A DNA stretch of 64,000 nucleotides from the human T2T-CHM13v2.0 reference genome, Homo sapiens (GCF_009914755.1 NC_060925.1), one strand, 5' to 3'; shown: positions 35,470-51,734, counted from the stretch's first letter. Notes: generated by a model not told the origin, from the letters alone. Program-made: numbers and translations.

Positions 35470-36040
35470 AATTCTTAACACAGTAGGCAGAATGATCCTT
35501 TGAAAACCTAAACCAGATCATGTTACTCCTCTGTCACTCTCCAGTGCCTTCCCAAATCAGAGTAAAGGCATAACCCTTACAGTGCTCCGCAGGACTCTCA
35601 TGTCCTGCCCTTCGCTCACTCTGCTCAAGCCACACGGGTCTCCTTGCTGTTCCTGGAAAACACCAGATCCTCTCCCGCCTCCACACCTTAGTACTATCCC
35701 ACTGTATTCCCACTGCCTGGAATGCTTTTTGTGTGTATCTACATGGCTCCCTCTCTAACCTCTTCCAAAGCCCTTTCTGACTTTCCTACATAAAATTGGA
35801 CCCCCTCCTTCTCTAGTATACTCTCCTACTTTATTTCTGTCCATATTGCTTATGACCATCCAAAACAATACACTGCAAAATTTGCTTATTTATCTTGCTT
35901 AATGTCTATTTCTCTCTTCTAGGGGTCAAACTCCAGAGAGCAGGGATTTTCTGTCGTCTCTCTCTCTGTTGTATCCCAAACACCTAGTACAATGTCTGTC
36001 ACATAGTGGGCAATAAATGTTTGTTCAGTGAATGAACTAA
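35470..36040 (+). mobile_element. L2 3' region
   Basis: ends acatagtgggcaataaatgtttgttcagtgaatgaa (L2 tail). Confidence 0.7.
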
Positions 36041-37909
36041 TGAGGATAGAGCAATGAAAAATATAAAGCCCACGCCCTCAAGGAACTTGTGGTCTGACAG
36101 TAGAAGCAGACATCAGACAGTCACCCACAGGACTGAGCAACTGAATGATGCATGTTGATAAATGCTAGGTAGGGAAGTAGCAGGTGTAATGACAGTGGTC
36201 TGACTGTAGCCAGGAACACTGTTGTGAGTTACTCTGAAGAGCTGCTTGTGAGAGGATTGGAGTTTAGGGTGATGAGGGTTTGGAGCCACAAAGCTCTGGG
36301 AGGAAAAGATGCTGGAGAAGCTCAGATTGTGACTTCTAGGCCCTTTAAAGGTGATGGGACTCCAGGCAGAGGGCAACCATCTGCAAACGGGGTCAAGTGC
36401 CCACTGTGCCATGTTCAAGATATGTGCTCTGGAGCAAGCCACCTTGGCGCTGGAGTACTTGCTTCCTTATCTCTAAGATAAAGAAGCGATAACTAGCTCC
36501 TAGGCTGGTTGGGAGGTACAAGTGAAACGTTTGTCAGAGCTGGAACCTGCAGATATTCAATAAGTGCCAGCTCATTTTCTGCTCCCTTCTTCTTCGTCAA
36601 ACCTTTTAACATCCAGCCTCCTTTTACCTGGCCACTCCGTTCTCTCTCCTGGCCCTGTGTAAGCATGAAGAGCTGTATGAGAAAGGGAAGCATCTAATCA
36701 TCCTAAATGTACAACTGCAGGTTAACAAAGGTTAACAGGATCTTTAAGGGGCATAATTTGACAGATTAGACTGATCTCTACTGTGCCCCAGGACGCTTGG
36801 CTTTGTTGCAATTAACTAAATCTCCCATCAGCCTCCAGGCCTGATGCCTGTTGGCATATAAGACCATGCCACTAGAATGAAGAGTTGGAGCAGGGGGTGG
36901 CAGACACAGCTAGGCCCTGTGGTTCTGCCCATGGCCTCCCTCTGGGGGAAGCCCTCCTTGACTACAACCTAGAGAGAGCTCCTGCACATACCCATACATA
37001 CACATACACACATGTAACACACATGCAGAGCCACACACAGCTCCCAACTCCACCCCCCACCATGGGAGGATGGACTCCCGGCTCCTCAAATCTTTCTCTC
37101 TTTACTTATTGATAGGTGGGGTAGGAGGTTGATAAGGAGGCAGCAAGTATATTACTTTTTCCCATGGTTAGCATGGACAGTGGACACACTCAGGCATTGA
37201 GCAAATTTTCACCTATGCAGGGGCCAGCCCTAGCTTTAGGCAATAGAGAAGCAGATGAATCAGATCAGAGTTCTGGCCTCAGGGCTCACATTCTAGTGGG
37301 GGAAACAGGTACGTGCACAGGTAATTATAATATAAACTACGCGATAGTGGGAACCTGAAAGAAGAGAGCTTATTTTCCCTTTGGGCTAGGGCAAGGCTTT
37401 AGGGATTAGGCAGACTTTGATCTGGGCTGAGGTAGGATGGAAGGGCTCCTAGGCAGATAGAACTGCATGAAGAAAGGCACAAAGGTGGGATAGTGTGGTA
37501 CAAGTTCAGGAAATGGCAAAGCCTCTGATGTCAGGGTCAGGCTAGAGCATATGGTGGGGACATAACTGCTTTCACTGTAATGATTTGGTTTGTAACCACC
37601 CCTGGGACACCCCTCCATGAGTTAATGCCTCCCAGTCCCTCCCTATACACACTTGACACCTTGGATGGCTTTGACCAGAAGAACTCTTTCTTGTTTACTG
37701 CTTCACCTCCCTGCCTGGCCGCACATTCAGCTCCTTCAAGTCAGCCTCCCTTGCATCACCTCAAGGACACAGCGGTCCTGCTTGCTACAGAGAAGCCTTC
37801 CCAACCACTCTGGCCCACACTGGCCTCCTCATCTGATCATCTCAGATGGCTGAAGTACCGATATGGTTTCACACAACAGCACCCTTTCTAGTAAAGGTAC
37901 TTTGCTACA

Positions 37910-38410
37910 TGCTATCTTAGGATGCTATTTTCATAAGAAATCCACTAGAATCAATTCAGACAAAGAAAGGGGAAGTGATTACAAGGGAACTGGAAGTCTA
38001 AAGGAACCAAACACATAAAAGGACTTGGCCCAGACTTGGGAAAGCTCTCAGGAGCCCAGGAAATGGGAGTTTCTCCCTGCCTCTGTGCTCTTTTCTCTTC
38101 CCGGACTGACCTTCTCCACCAATCAGATCACATGGAGGAAAACATGACTGCTGACAGCACCTGACAGGTCCAGCCATGTAAAAACAATCTCCAAATTCCC
38201 AAGAGAGGAGGCGACTGGTGTAACGGAACCACATGTCCAACCCTGGCCCAATCAGCTTTGGGTAGTGGCATGGGGTCACATAAAACAAACATGGCTGCTA
38301 GGCTACACCTCTGGGGGTCATTTCTCATAGTCATGTGGATTGGTGAGTGGGCTGTTCTGAAAGAAGGGAAATAGGAGCAGAGCAGATATCCCAAAGATGC
38401 CCATTACACA
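37910..38410 (-). mobile_element. Old MaLR LTR (MLT1J/K-like)
   Basis: ggtcacataaaacaaacatggctgc...gagcagatatcccaaagatgcccattaca. Confidence 0.55.
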
Positions 38411-38800
38411 CGTATAATATAGTGTGACAAAATGCTCATACGACTTCTAATTCCTAGACTATCCTACTGACCTACTCTGCGACTTCAGGCAAGTCTCTAC
38501 CATCTTGGGGCTGCAGTTTCTTCATCTGTACACAGAGGAGGATGGGACTAAGTGTCCTGTTGGGTTCCATAACTCTCCAGGACTTTGGCCCAATTACTTA
38601 CCGCCTCTGAACTTCAGTTTTCTCATCTGTAAAATGGGAGTAATGATATCTAACTCACAGAGTTATTGTAAGACAATGGGTATGAAAATATCTAACATGG
38701 GTTGAGTACAGAGTTATTCAAGAAATGCTGGTGACCCTAGTAGATTTAAATTGGGTGGCTGTCCCGCTCACAGTGGTTTCCCCAAGGGTCATAGCTATGA

Positions 38801-39475
<675 letters not shown>

Positions 39476-41178
39476 TAGTTTGAGTTGGTATTCTGTCAAT
39501 TCCTTCCTGATGATACCTTCTCCCTTTCTCTAAGCCTCGGTTTCCTTAGCTGTAAGATGATGGGGTCCCATCCTGTCCTCTTTCATCTCTGACACTTTAT
39601 TACCGTATTTGTTCATTTATTCATTCAGTCAATTAGTCAATCAGTTACTTGGCATTTACTGTGCATGTTATTCTGTCCCTGGCCCTATGCTGGACACTGG
39701 CAATCTTGCTAGAGAAACAATCACTTCTCCAGTTCTCAAGACTCATATAGTTAGGTTGGGGAGAAAGGTAAGAAAGGATTCAGTACCGTGGGTGATGATG
39801 GCTGTGACAGAGAGAAGCACAGGCACTGTGGGGAAATCAGAGGACTTATCCCTGCTTGGAAGGCTTCCTGGAGAAGATGGCTGAGTTTTTCAGACAGGGG
39901 TGAGCACAGAGAGAAAAGGAAAGGTATTACAAGCGGAAGAACCTACCTTTGTAAGGGCCCAAAGGAGAATGACAGAAAGCAACAGCCTGGGTGGGAGGGG
40001 AAGGGACACAAGAGAGGAAGCTGCAGGTTCATCTCTACTCTTCTTGAACTTATTTGTATTTTTCCCCCATGAAACTTCCAGGGAACAACAACAACAAAAT
40101 ACTTCTCCATTTTTTAAGCTTGGAAAATCCCCTGGGTGGAGTCTTTGAGTGCAGATAGATGAAAAGAAGTGGCTCTTGACCACAGAGGAACACTGGAGCA
40201 AATGATTCTTTCTCCATCAGGGTGCCCCACTGGTCCCAGGTCCTATCAGGGAAGCCAAACTGGCTGTGACATCTAGCGGCTGGTCTAGGGCTGTCTGACG
40301 CTTCTAAAAACAGGAAGGCGGGTGAGCCTAAGGCCAACCAGAAGGCAGGAGAGCAGCCCAGGCAGGCCAGGGAGGAGTGCAAACATCCCTCCTCCCCTGA
40401 TAGGAGACATACTCATTACATTTTGAGCAAAGGAGGCTCACAATGCACCCTAGAGAAAATATGCAGTTATTGCCCCTAACATGCCAAAGCCCTACTAATG
40501 ACTGCACGCCTGCTCCAAAGGCACAAACCGTTCCAGATGTTGCTCCCTGCCTCTGGGAGGGCCCTTCCTTCCTCCCGCCCGAGGTTCTGGACTCTTTCTT
40601 GAATTACAGTCTTTTGAGAGATATATGCACCGCTGAGGGGCTTGGGGTGAGTGACTGTCCTCCCTGGGCCTCACAGGGACAGTCTAGGTGATCCTTGCCT
40701 TAACAGACTGTTGTAGAGACTATGCCTGTTGGCCTGGTGGGGTGGTGAGAGAAGAGGTGCTAGGCTCGGAGTGGGGAAAGTGGTGAGGGAGGTGCGTTCT
40801 AAATTTGGGTGTTCTCAGTTTTTGCATCTATGAAATGGTAATGTGTCTGTAGGGAGGCAGTAATTTGCAAACTTAATTCTTCAAACACACTCAGGAATTG
40901 CTATATCTGGATATGTACTGCATTGGAGCCATCTTCTAGCTGGGTAACTCTGGGCTCCTTCCACAGCTGTGACCTTCTGTTCTCTCATCTGTAAATTGGG
41001 GATGGTTTTTGAAATTAACATTTTTTCCTAGTTAGAGGATGTATGCATTCTTGTAGTTTTTTTTTTTTGAAATTGTAATTAAATAATTTTTGAGTAGGTT
41101 ACGTAATTCACATGATTCCAAATTCAAAAGATGCAAATAGTAAAGAGTTAAAGTCTCCCTCTCCTTCCTGTTTCATAG

Positions 41179-41514
<336 letters not shown>

Positions 41515-42336
41515 CGAAGCAAGCATTGTTATTGGCTTTTTGTATATTAACTATGGATATATTTTAAAAATCTGTTGAAGTATTAACATATATATAGCAA
41601 AGTGCATGTGTCACAAGAGCACAACATGGTGAATAATGTTCATAGTTTAAATTCCTAAGAAGATAAACAATAAAAATCACCCCAAATCCATCACCCAGAG
41701 ATAAAACTGTTGATATTTTAGTGTATTTTCTTTTTTGATGTACATGTATGTGTGTATGTGTGAATATATATGTGTATGAACATTGGAATCATGCTGTATA
41801 ACTTATACCCTTTTTATAGTTAATATTATATCATGAACATTTTCTTGCTTCATTAAAAATTCCTCAAAAATAGCTCTTTTAACGTTCTCCTAATGTTCCA
41901 AGGAATAGATCCAAACTTACCTAGGGATATTAGGTTCAATTTTTCCTCTATGATAAATAACACAGTGATGAGCATCTTTGAACATACATTACTCGGCACA
42001 TCCCTTCAGGATGAATTCCTAGAAGGGGAATTACTGAATCAAATCATATGTCTCCTTTAGAAGTCAGGATATAATAGGGAGAGTCAGGCCTGATTCACAG
42101 AGCTGCTTAAAGGATTACATAAATTATGTAAGACTCTGGCCTAGTGCTTGGCACAGACACTGAGGTCCGTGAGTGTGAGCCTAAGGAGTCCCAGGGAGAG
42201 GAGAAGTAAATGTGTATGCCCCCTCTCCCTGGTGGCTCCACCTGCTAGACCTTCCCTTCCTGGAGCTTGCTCACTGAGCCAGATGGGAGTCTCAGTCTTG
42301 TCTGATCTTTATTATTTTAATCATTGCCGTCTTGCC

Positions 42337-42536
42337 AAGTGGCGGGCTGGTGAATGTTTAACAGCTAGATTTCTGGCTGGTGGGGGGCACTCTGATTGGT
42401 AGCATTTGTCAATTTCTGTGGTGTAAATACTCCCACTGTGGCCAATTTCAAACTACGACCATGATGTCACCAAAAGCAGTGTTGGGATGAGATGCATAGT
42501 CTCACAAGCCAGTTGGAACTGGCTCCAAATCACCAG
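42337..42536 (+). mobile_element. MER63-like hAT DNA transposon relic
   Basis: gctggtgaatgtttaaca...ggtgtaaatactcccactgtggccaatttcaaactac...ggctccaaatcaccag. Confidence 0.65.
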
Positions 42537-45500
42537 TCCTTGTCTTTCTAGCTACCCATATCTCCCTTTCCTCCCTCTCTCTTCTTAACCCCTCCCCATT
42601 TAGCCCCCACGCTGGGGCTTTTCTGAGGTGATAGAGACTTAACATTTTGTGGGAGGTGAATGTTGCTAAAGAACAAAAACATCCTCTCCCAGTTCTCTAA
42701 AGGAGAAACTGATGCTCCTGATGGTCAAGATGATTGCCCCCGGTCACCCAGCCAGATGATTTTTCAGAGTCTTATTACCTGATTCCTGCTTGGGACATTT
42801 CTCAGATGGGAGGCAGTGCTTCCTGCAGTGGAAATAAACTTTCTTTTCTAGCCACTCCTTTTCTTCCTCTTTCTCTTCAGCGACTGCTCTCCTGGATCCA
42901 CAAGAGGATGAGGCCCAGGCTTTGCCCTCAGGAGCTAAGAGCAAGTGGAGAGGCCAGACACATATGAGCAGCTTGCCGAGTTATTACCACTTTCTCACTC
43001 AAGTTCTTCAATCAACAGGAGCTTTATACCACTTTCTCACTGAGGTTCTTCAATGGCTTCTCTTAACACTTAGGAAAAATCTGTTTAATGTGTCCCTCCC
43101 TGCATAACCACCACCCTCCCCCAGATGTCAGCTCCTGAGAGTAAGAATCCTTGGTCTTCATTTTTGGCTCCCTGGTGCCTAGCATAGTCTGCCACAAATC
43201 AGGTGCTGAATAAATATTGTTGAATAAATGCAGAGAAGAAAGAGCTGGGTGGGGGCTGGAGGAAGGGGTGAGTGCAGTGTGGTTACAGTCCTAGGCTTTG
43301 CACTGACTTGCTTCAGGACTTTAGACAAGCCTCTCCCCTTTCTGGACCTGCATGTCCAAAACTGTAAAGAAGAGATATTGGATTCTAGCAATAGTTTAAG
43401 AATGGGGATTAAAAAAACACCTCCCAGTTACCTCATGTGATAGCAGTTGTGCTTTTAGTATCCACTGATGGACCAAAAATCATGACAAAAAAATAACTGC
43501 CAAACTTTTAAATGTGGTTGTATTTATCAATCACAGCAGCATCTACATCCATTTGAAAAACATTCAGACTGTATGTGAGAGACACACTGTGCATGTAGTT
43601 TACAGACAGCACTGGGTGCCACATGGTTTCCAGATACCTTTAGCTAAGCGGCCCAGATCATCTCAGAGTCCTTCAAGTATGAGGGGCTTATGTCCCTAAC
43701 ATGGGCCACAGGAGGTGTGTAACTTGCATTGGGTCACATAGCACATGAATGGTGGATTCAAACTCATTCTTCTCCAGCTTGGGTTCCCTTGGCTCTGGCA
43801 GCCTGCTGACAGCACCACTCCCCTTCGGCTTCCCTGGAAATGAGAAGCAGGAAGGCCTGAGAGCACTGAGATTGCCTAGGGTGCGGGGGCGAGGTGGATG
43901 TCAGAACGCTGACAGTTCGAAATGACACGGAACATACTTCAGATGCCTTGTGTGTGGTTTAGGAGCGGCTGGAATTACACCCTCAGGGCTGAGCCAGCAT
44001 TGTTGGAGCCAGAGCTGAGCCTGGACCCTGCTGAAGCAAGGCCCGCATGGGGGGTCTTGGCCCAGGGCCACAGAGCTGAGCAGCGGCAGTGAGGGCAGGA
44101 GGCAGATTCCTAGCTGGAAGCCAGCACATGGACCTTTTACCTTTCCAGACAGGTGTGGTCATTCATTCATTCACTTATTCATTCAGCAGGGTAGTCAGTC
44201 AGGCACTCAACAAATGCTCACTGAGCCGTGCCCCTCTGCAGCCTATCATAGGGTCCAAGGAGGAATTGCTCCCATTCCGCTGGGGAGGCAGGCATGGAGC
44301 AGGAGCATGTGATCCAGTCTCTGGGTACGGTCAGGCCAGAGGTGCCAGCAGGCCTTTTGCCTGGAGAAGGAGCAAGAAATTGGGAAATGTTTTCTAGCAG
44401 ATGAAATGGTTATCTTCTGTGAGTGGTTCTCAAGGGACAAGCAGGATTACACCAGGCAGATCAGGGAAGAAAGGGCCCTGCTGGCAGAGGGTGCAGTGGG
44501 AGAAGTAACTGGTTCCCTCTCTACCTTTGGATGGGAAAACTCTCTGGGTTTTCATTTGCTTATTTGTTTGACAATGTGGAAATGGAGTTTTTCAGAGGGA
44601 AAGATGAGACTTATTGCTATAAAGGTCTTGGAGATGGAAGGGCTAGTTAGACAAATACATGAGACAGTATTTGTATCTAAAGCTGGCCAGTCGGGTTGTT
44701 GTAATTTTGATTAGCAAAAACGCAGAGTGGGAGGAGACTTGGCACTTACTTGGCTCAGTATAGAATGTGTGTGTTGCAGGCAATCAGGGAACAGGGAGGG
44801 CGGTGAGAAATGAGGAAGGAGGGGTTCACTGGCCAGTCCTGTGGTGCCTGCCAGCCATGCTGATGATGGGGCCTGAGCCCTGAGAGTGACAGGGAGCCAC
44901 TGGAGGTGTTTTAGCAGGGGCCACAGATGAAGCGTTGCTCTAGCTGCTGAGTGAAGGAATCCGAGGAGGAGGCAGGGAGACCAGCCAGGAGGCTGCTGCA
45001 GTCTTCAGTGAAGAGAATGGATTCAACAGAACTTTCTGAGAACCAACAGGTCTTGGTGACTGGAGGTGGTTGGAGAGGGAGAGAAAGGAAAGGATGATGG
45101 CCAGTTTCTGGACGGTGTGACAGGTCAATGTTTAAGCCACCATCTGAGATGGACGGCTGAATGTTCTCTCTCCATCCCTGTCTTGAGTGAAGGGGAGTGA
45201 AGTGTCCGATGTGGCCCAGAGCCACAGCCTTAGTTCACATCTCATCACATGGTCAGCCTTCTATCTGGTCTCTTAGCCTCTAGCCTCTTCCCTCTCTAGC
45301 CCATCCCCTGATAGACTGAGTGACCTAAATGAGACATCTGATCATGTCACTCCCCGGCTGGAAAAATTTCAGACTCCCTGTCTCTAGAAAGGTCCTACTT
45401 GGTCCAGCACACAAAGTCATCTCCAATCTGAGCCCATTTACATTCCTGTCTCAGTCCCTTGGCAGTCTACACCAGCCACAGTGAATAATAGTAGCAACGA

Positions 45501-46914
45501 CAACAGCTAACAGTTACACAGCACTGATATGTACCAGGCAGTGTTCTAAGAACTTCACACATATAACTTGCGTAACTCTAAGAAAAACACTTCCTAAAAA
45601 GTCTTGCACATCCCAGAATGGACAATACACACTTGCCTTCAGATCTTGCACCCAAGGTTGTCTCCACCTGGTATTCGGCCATCAACCTTCCACCCATCTG
45701 ATACATATTTATTACTCATCAACTTCTCCCAGTCACTATACTAAGTACCAGGGATCCAAAGTTGCGTGAGACATGGTATGTGCCCTCAGTGCATACAAAG
45801 TCAAATGGGGCAGACAGACACACGAAGGAACACTTATAACATGATAAGGTAAACGCAGTGATGGAGATGTTATGGAGCCACAGAGATTGAGCCCCTAATC
45901 CAGTCTGGGGCCTTCCTCACTTGGCCGTCTGGAGCTTTACCCCTTCTGGGATGCATTCCCCACTTAGCCAGACAGGGTGAGGTCTCTTCTTCCTGCAGTC
46001 CCTGCTCTACCCACACCATACACCAACGACCTTTTATGGGGGAAGTTCAGGGGCTGCTTCCTCCTGAGCACAGTGAAGGCAGAGAACAGTCTGACTCACC
46101 ATAGGATCCAGCACCCAGGGCAGCCTGGACACAGATGACTGGAATTTGCTGAATGAAAAGAGCATGAGGAATAAAGAATCACAAAGGGGGCATCCTCCTC
46201 CTGGGTTATTCCCTGATGCTCTCTCCAGAGTCAGGACTGTACTTGCTACCTTTCCTGAGCCTGGCTCAGGCCCTCTGGAGTCAGACCCTGCTGGTAAGGA
46301 TGGGGCTGTGGCTGTCATCCCTAGTTCAGGAGCAGCCTGGTCAGAAAAGGCCTTGCCAGAGCCCAGCCAGCGGGCAACTGCCTGCCTCGGGCTTCTGAGA
46401 AACAAGCAGTATCCTGGGCAGCTCTAGTTTTGGGCCTAAGAGGGAGGAAGCCCTGCGGCAGCCTTCAGGACCTCTGAGTGGCAAGAGATGGTGTTGGGGA
46501 ATCTGAGATTTCCTTGGCTCCAGAGCCCCTTCTGCAGCCTCTGGGCTCTGAGATTGGTGGAAGCTGTGATGGAGGGCTTTAGAAATAAATGACTCTGGGA
46601 TGGCCTCAAACTAGAGGTGTTTGAGGAACATTCCAGGAAGCCTTCAGGAGCCTCAGGCTGGTCCCTTGGGCACTCACAGAGTTAACATGGCTCTTTCTTC
46701 TCAGAGCTCTGAAGGGCAATCATGAGGATGGGTATCTTGGGCCAAGGACCTGAAAGGGCTTTCTGCCTCAGCCCTCTCTCCTAGGCAGAGTAGTTGGGAA
46801 GCCCTGGCCCCTACCCCATGTTCCTTGCCTCAAGGCCTGTCTTGGCTAGTGGTGCCTTTGCAGAGCTGGGGCTGGGGGCAGGGAGTCTTGCGGGCTAGTG
46901 CTAACAGCTTTGGA

Positions 46915-47700
46915 CAAGGGTGGGAATTTCCACTCCTATCTAGAGAGTCATCAACGCTGTGTGCCCTGACCTGGGCCTTTGGCCTCCAAAGGGCAGTGGG
47001 AAGGCCGGCCCCAGGGCCAATCCCTGGCCATTAATCCCTCCTGCCAGCCCGAATATCCACCCAGTGTGGTCAGACAAAGGACTGCCCAGCCCAGCCACTG
47101 TGTTCCTCTCGCCCCAGGGGCTCCACTCAGACGCTGGGCCGCCTGGAATCCAGGCCCATGAGAAAGGGGCCGCCTTCACTGGCCATCTTATGCCCGGATG
47201 CTCAGCCGCATCACGTCCGGCCCAGGGCCTGTGAAAAGAGGGCCCAGCCACGCTGAAAACACGGATTAGCCCTTGGGCCGCCCCCTGACACTGGCCTGCT
47301 CGGCTCCAGCTCCGGGAAGCAGGCCCAATGGAGGGGGCCAGACAGGCATAAAGAACTGGAAAAGTCTGGGTCCTCACCCCTTTGGCCTAGTTCCCCACCC
47401 CCACCCTTCCCAGGATTAGCATAGCCAACCACACATTCAGTTTCATTTATTGAACATGTACTATGTCCTAGGCTGTACACATTGACCAGAAAACTGAAAG
47501 TACAAGGAAACTGCACGTAGCTACGGGTGGTAATAAAAGCCACTTTTCCCTCAACCCCCTCACTGCCTGGAGGTGTGAGATGGAAGCTGTGGTGGGTGCT
47601 TTGGAGGGGCTCCATCACTAAGGGAAGGTGGGAAAGGCAGTGTATGAGACCTTGTCAGCTCTGGTCTGCACTTGAGTCTAGCTGCAGGATTATGTTGCAC
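46915..47700. promoter_or_regulatory. Candidate FOXE3 lens enhancer (bicoid + RBPJ motif cluster)
   Basis: GTGGGAA at 46920, 46996, 47628; TAATCC/GGATTA at 47032, 47263, 47413, 47687; locally CpG-richer. Confidence 0.55.
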
Positions 47701-48079
47701 CTGCTTGAAAATATGCAGGTGCTGAAATAACTTCTCTGGCTCTGCCTCTCTCCTTCCCCTGGTTTAATACTGATTATGCCAATTGTGTAGTAGGAAAAGA
47801 AAGCACCTCTTGCTAAGTGCCATTGTGGGCCTGGCACTTTCATACCTGATCTCATTTGGCTCTCAAAATGCTGAGAGGGGGCTTCCATTATTCCGTTTGA
47901 GGAAACTGAGGCTCACTGAGGCTCAAATGAGAACTGGCCCCAGGTCACTCTGCTCTTGAAGCTAGATTTCCTCATGCTGCAGTGGCTTGTCTTGCCTTCT
48001 TCTTTGGTGAGCTGCGCATTGTGACTGCACTGTCTTGTGTTCCATATGGTCTACCTTCAGGCGGTAGAATGCAGGGTGG

Positions 48080-48446
<367 letters not shown>

Positions 48447-49906
48447 TCATTGTTGTGGGTTAGGGATTGTCTGTAGATCTCCAAGTGTCATCTCCTTCCT
48501 CTCTGCTTCTGTAGCCCCTCTGGCCACCTCTATCATAACTGGCAGTTGTCTGTCTCTCCACCAGATTTCGAGTCTTCATCTCTGTCTTGCCTGGAGCACT
48601 TGCTAAGGGACTGGCCCAGAAGTACTCGGTGAGCAATGAAGCCTGAACTGAGGCCAGGAGAACTGAAGGAGGGATGGATCTGGGACCCATGTGGAATTGA
48701 CGGGACTTGGCACTTGCCTGAATGTGGAGAGTGAGTGGGGAGGAAGGAGCCCAAGATGATGATAACCACACTTTCATCTGGTGGTGGTGGGAAGGAAAGG
48801 GGAGAGGTCCATTTGCTGAGATATGGAATGCTGCAAGGAGAGCCGGCCAAGGCTGGAGGATGTACCGGGTAGAGGAAGAGATGCATTTCATTTAGGACAT
48901 TTGGGTTTGAGATACCTTGAAATATCCATGTGGTTATGCCCAATGGGCACCTAGATATGCTGACCAGGAGGTGAGGAGAGAAGCTAAGAATCTACTTTGG
49001 CAGCTGAAGTTGTGGGAGCTGGAAATACTCTGATTATTTCTAATGTCTCAGCTCAGCCTTAAAGCATGGCATTCTTAGAAGAGTGGGGTGCTAGAGCTTT
49101 GAACTTCACATTTAATTCCAGCTCTACCACTTACTACTAGCTGTGTGAAGTCAGGGAAACCACTTAACCTCTCAGAACCTTAGTTTCCTCATTTGCAAAA
49201 CAGGAATAATAACAGTACTCACTTCACGGGGTGCCCAAACTTAAGTGCAATAATGTACATAAAGTGTTTACCAAATACAAAATGCTCAGTAATGGTGGCT
49301 GTGATGTCATCAGCTGAGACTGGAGCTGAGAGAGGGGCCCTTGAGCTCCATGCTTTGAGTTTGGATTTTGAACTGGATTTTGAGTTTGGAGTTTACAGGC
49401 CTGCTGTAACTAGCTTTGGTCACCTATACCTAGGGACACTCTATAGCATGGCTGGGGGACTAGGATGGGGCAAGTGAGATGCCCCAAATGTAAGGAGGCC
49501 CTGGCTCTCAAGTGCTGACTGCACTTGCAAGGCCCTGAGACTGAGCTCCCCTTAAACTCAGCACCTCAGGCACCTCAGTGGGCTCACTGTCCTTCCAGCC
49601 CTGCTCCATGTCCAAGTCCCTTGATCTGCCTGTCCCCAGGACAACCCACTTTAAGACAAGGCTCCTTCACCCTGTAGTTCCCTTGGAGCTGGGGATGGGT
49701 CTCCTGTCTCTTGGGAGAAGAAGTTTCCCAAAATAGGCTGGGTGCTGCATCCCCCTGGATGCCAGTTGTGGGTGGAACTTCTCAGACTGAGTTTTTAACA
49801 AACACTGCCAAAGACCCCCCATCCCCAGTGAGATGTGAGTGTGGTGTTTCTGGGTCAGAAGGCGGCTTTTTCAGACCCCCAGTCTGTGGAAGCCTACATT
49901 TTGTAC

Positions 49907-49941
49907 TGTGTGTGTGGGTGTATGTGTGTGTGTGTGTATGT
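49907..49941. repeat. Imperfect (TG)n ~0.85 kb upstream of FOXE3
   Basis: tgtgtgtgtgggtgtatgtgtgtgtgtgtgtatgtg. Confidence 0.85.
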
Positions 49942-50712
49942 GAAGAAAAGCTGTTTTCTTTAACAGGGGGGTGTGGAGAGGAGGCAGCCAGAAAGGCAGC
50001 TCCAAGTTGTGGATTTCCTGGGGGCTCTTCATTTAAAGCGGCCGCACCACTTTCCACAATTCTGTTTTTTCAGAGAATGCTCTCAAGGCCTGGAGGGAGG
50101 GCATGACAGGGGTATGGGGGAGGGGGGTGGCAGAGAGGCAAGATGGTGACCCTGATCTGGAGCAGTCAAACATTCTCCCAGAGACAAAACCGGCCTGGCT
50201 CTGCCCTGCCCCGCTGCTTCATTACCTTGGCCCAGGTTCCCTAATGTCTGTGAGTGGGCCTGACACCTCCCCATCAGGATACTGAGGGCTGGCAAGGCGG
50301 CCTTCATCTCTGTTCCAGCTGGGGATGGAAGGCCAGGAGAAGGATGGGGGGACCGACTACTGGGAGGAGCAAAATGGGGAGGAGCAAAATGGGGAGGGGG
50401 CTGGGAGAGTGAATGGGTGGATTTGTGATTGGGAATGATCCAAAGGAGAGGGGGTAGAAGGAGGGGTGGAAAGGGAAGGGGACTGACCAAATACAGTGGG
50501 ATGGGGCCAGGGGCTGATATAACCGAGATGGGGAAGGGGTGAGTCTGGGTCTGGGAAAAACTGATCCAAAGGCAGAAAGGGAGGGGCGAAATGGAGGAGG
50601 GTACCGTGAACAGAGTAAGGGGGCTGGGAGAGGAAATTAGAGGGGAGGCGCTGGCCAGCAGGCAAGGCCTGAGCCCTCTCCCCCGGCGGTGGTTGGGGGG
50701 GGGCCGTGTCCA

Positions 50713-51734
<1,022 letters not shown>

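Noticed and set aside
50050-50075. Plus-strand acceptor-like ttctgttttttcag upstream of FOXE3
   Set aside because: FOXE3 is single-exon with its own TATA box and I could not identify an upstream donor exon
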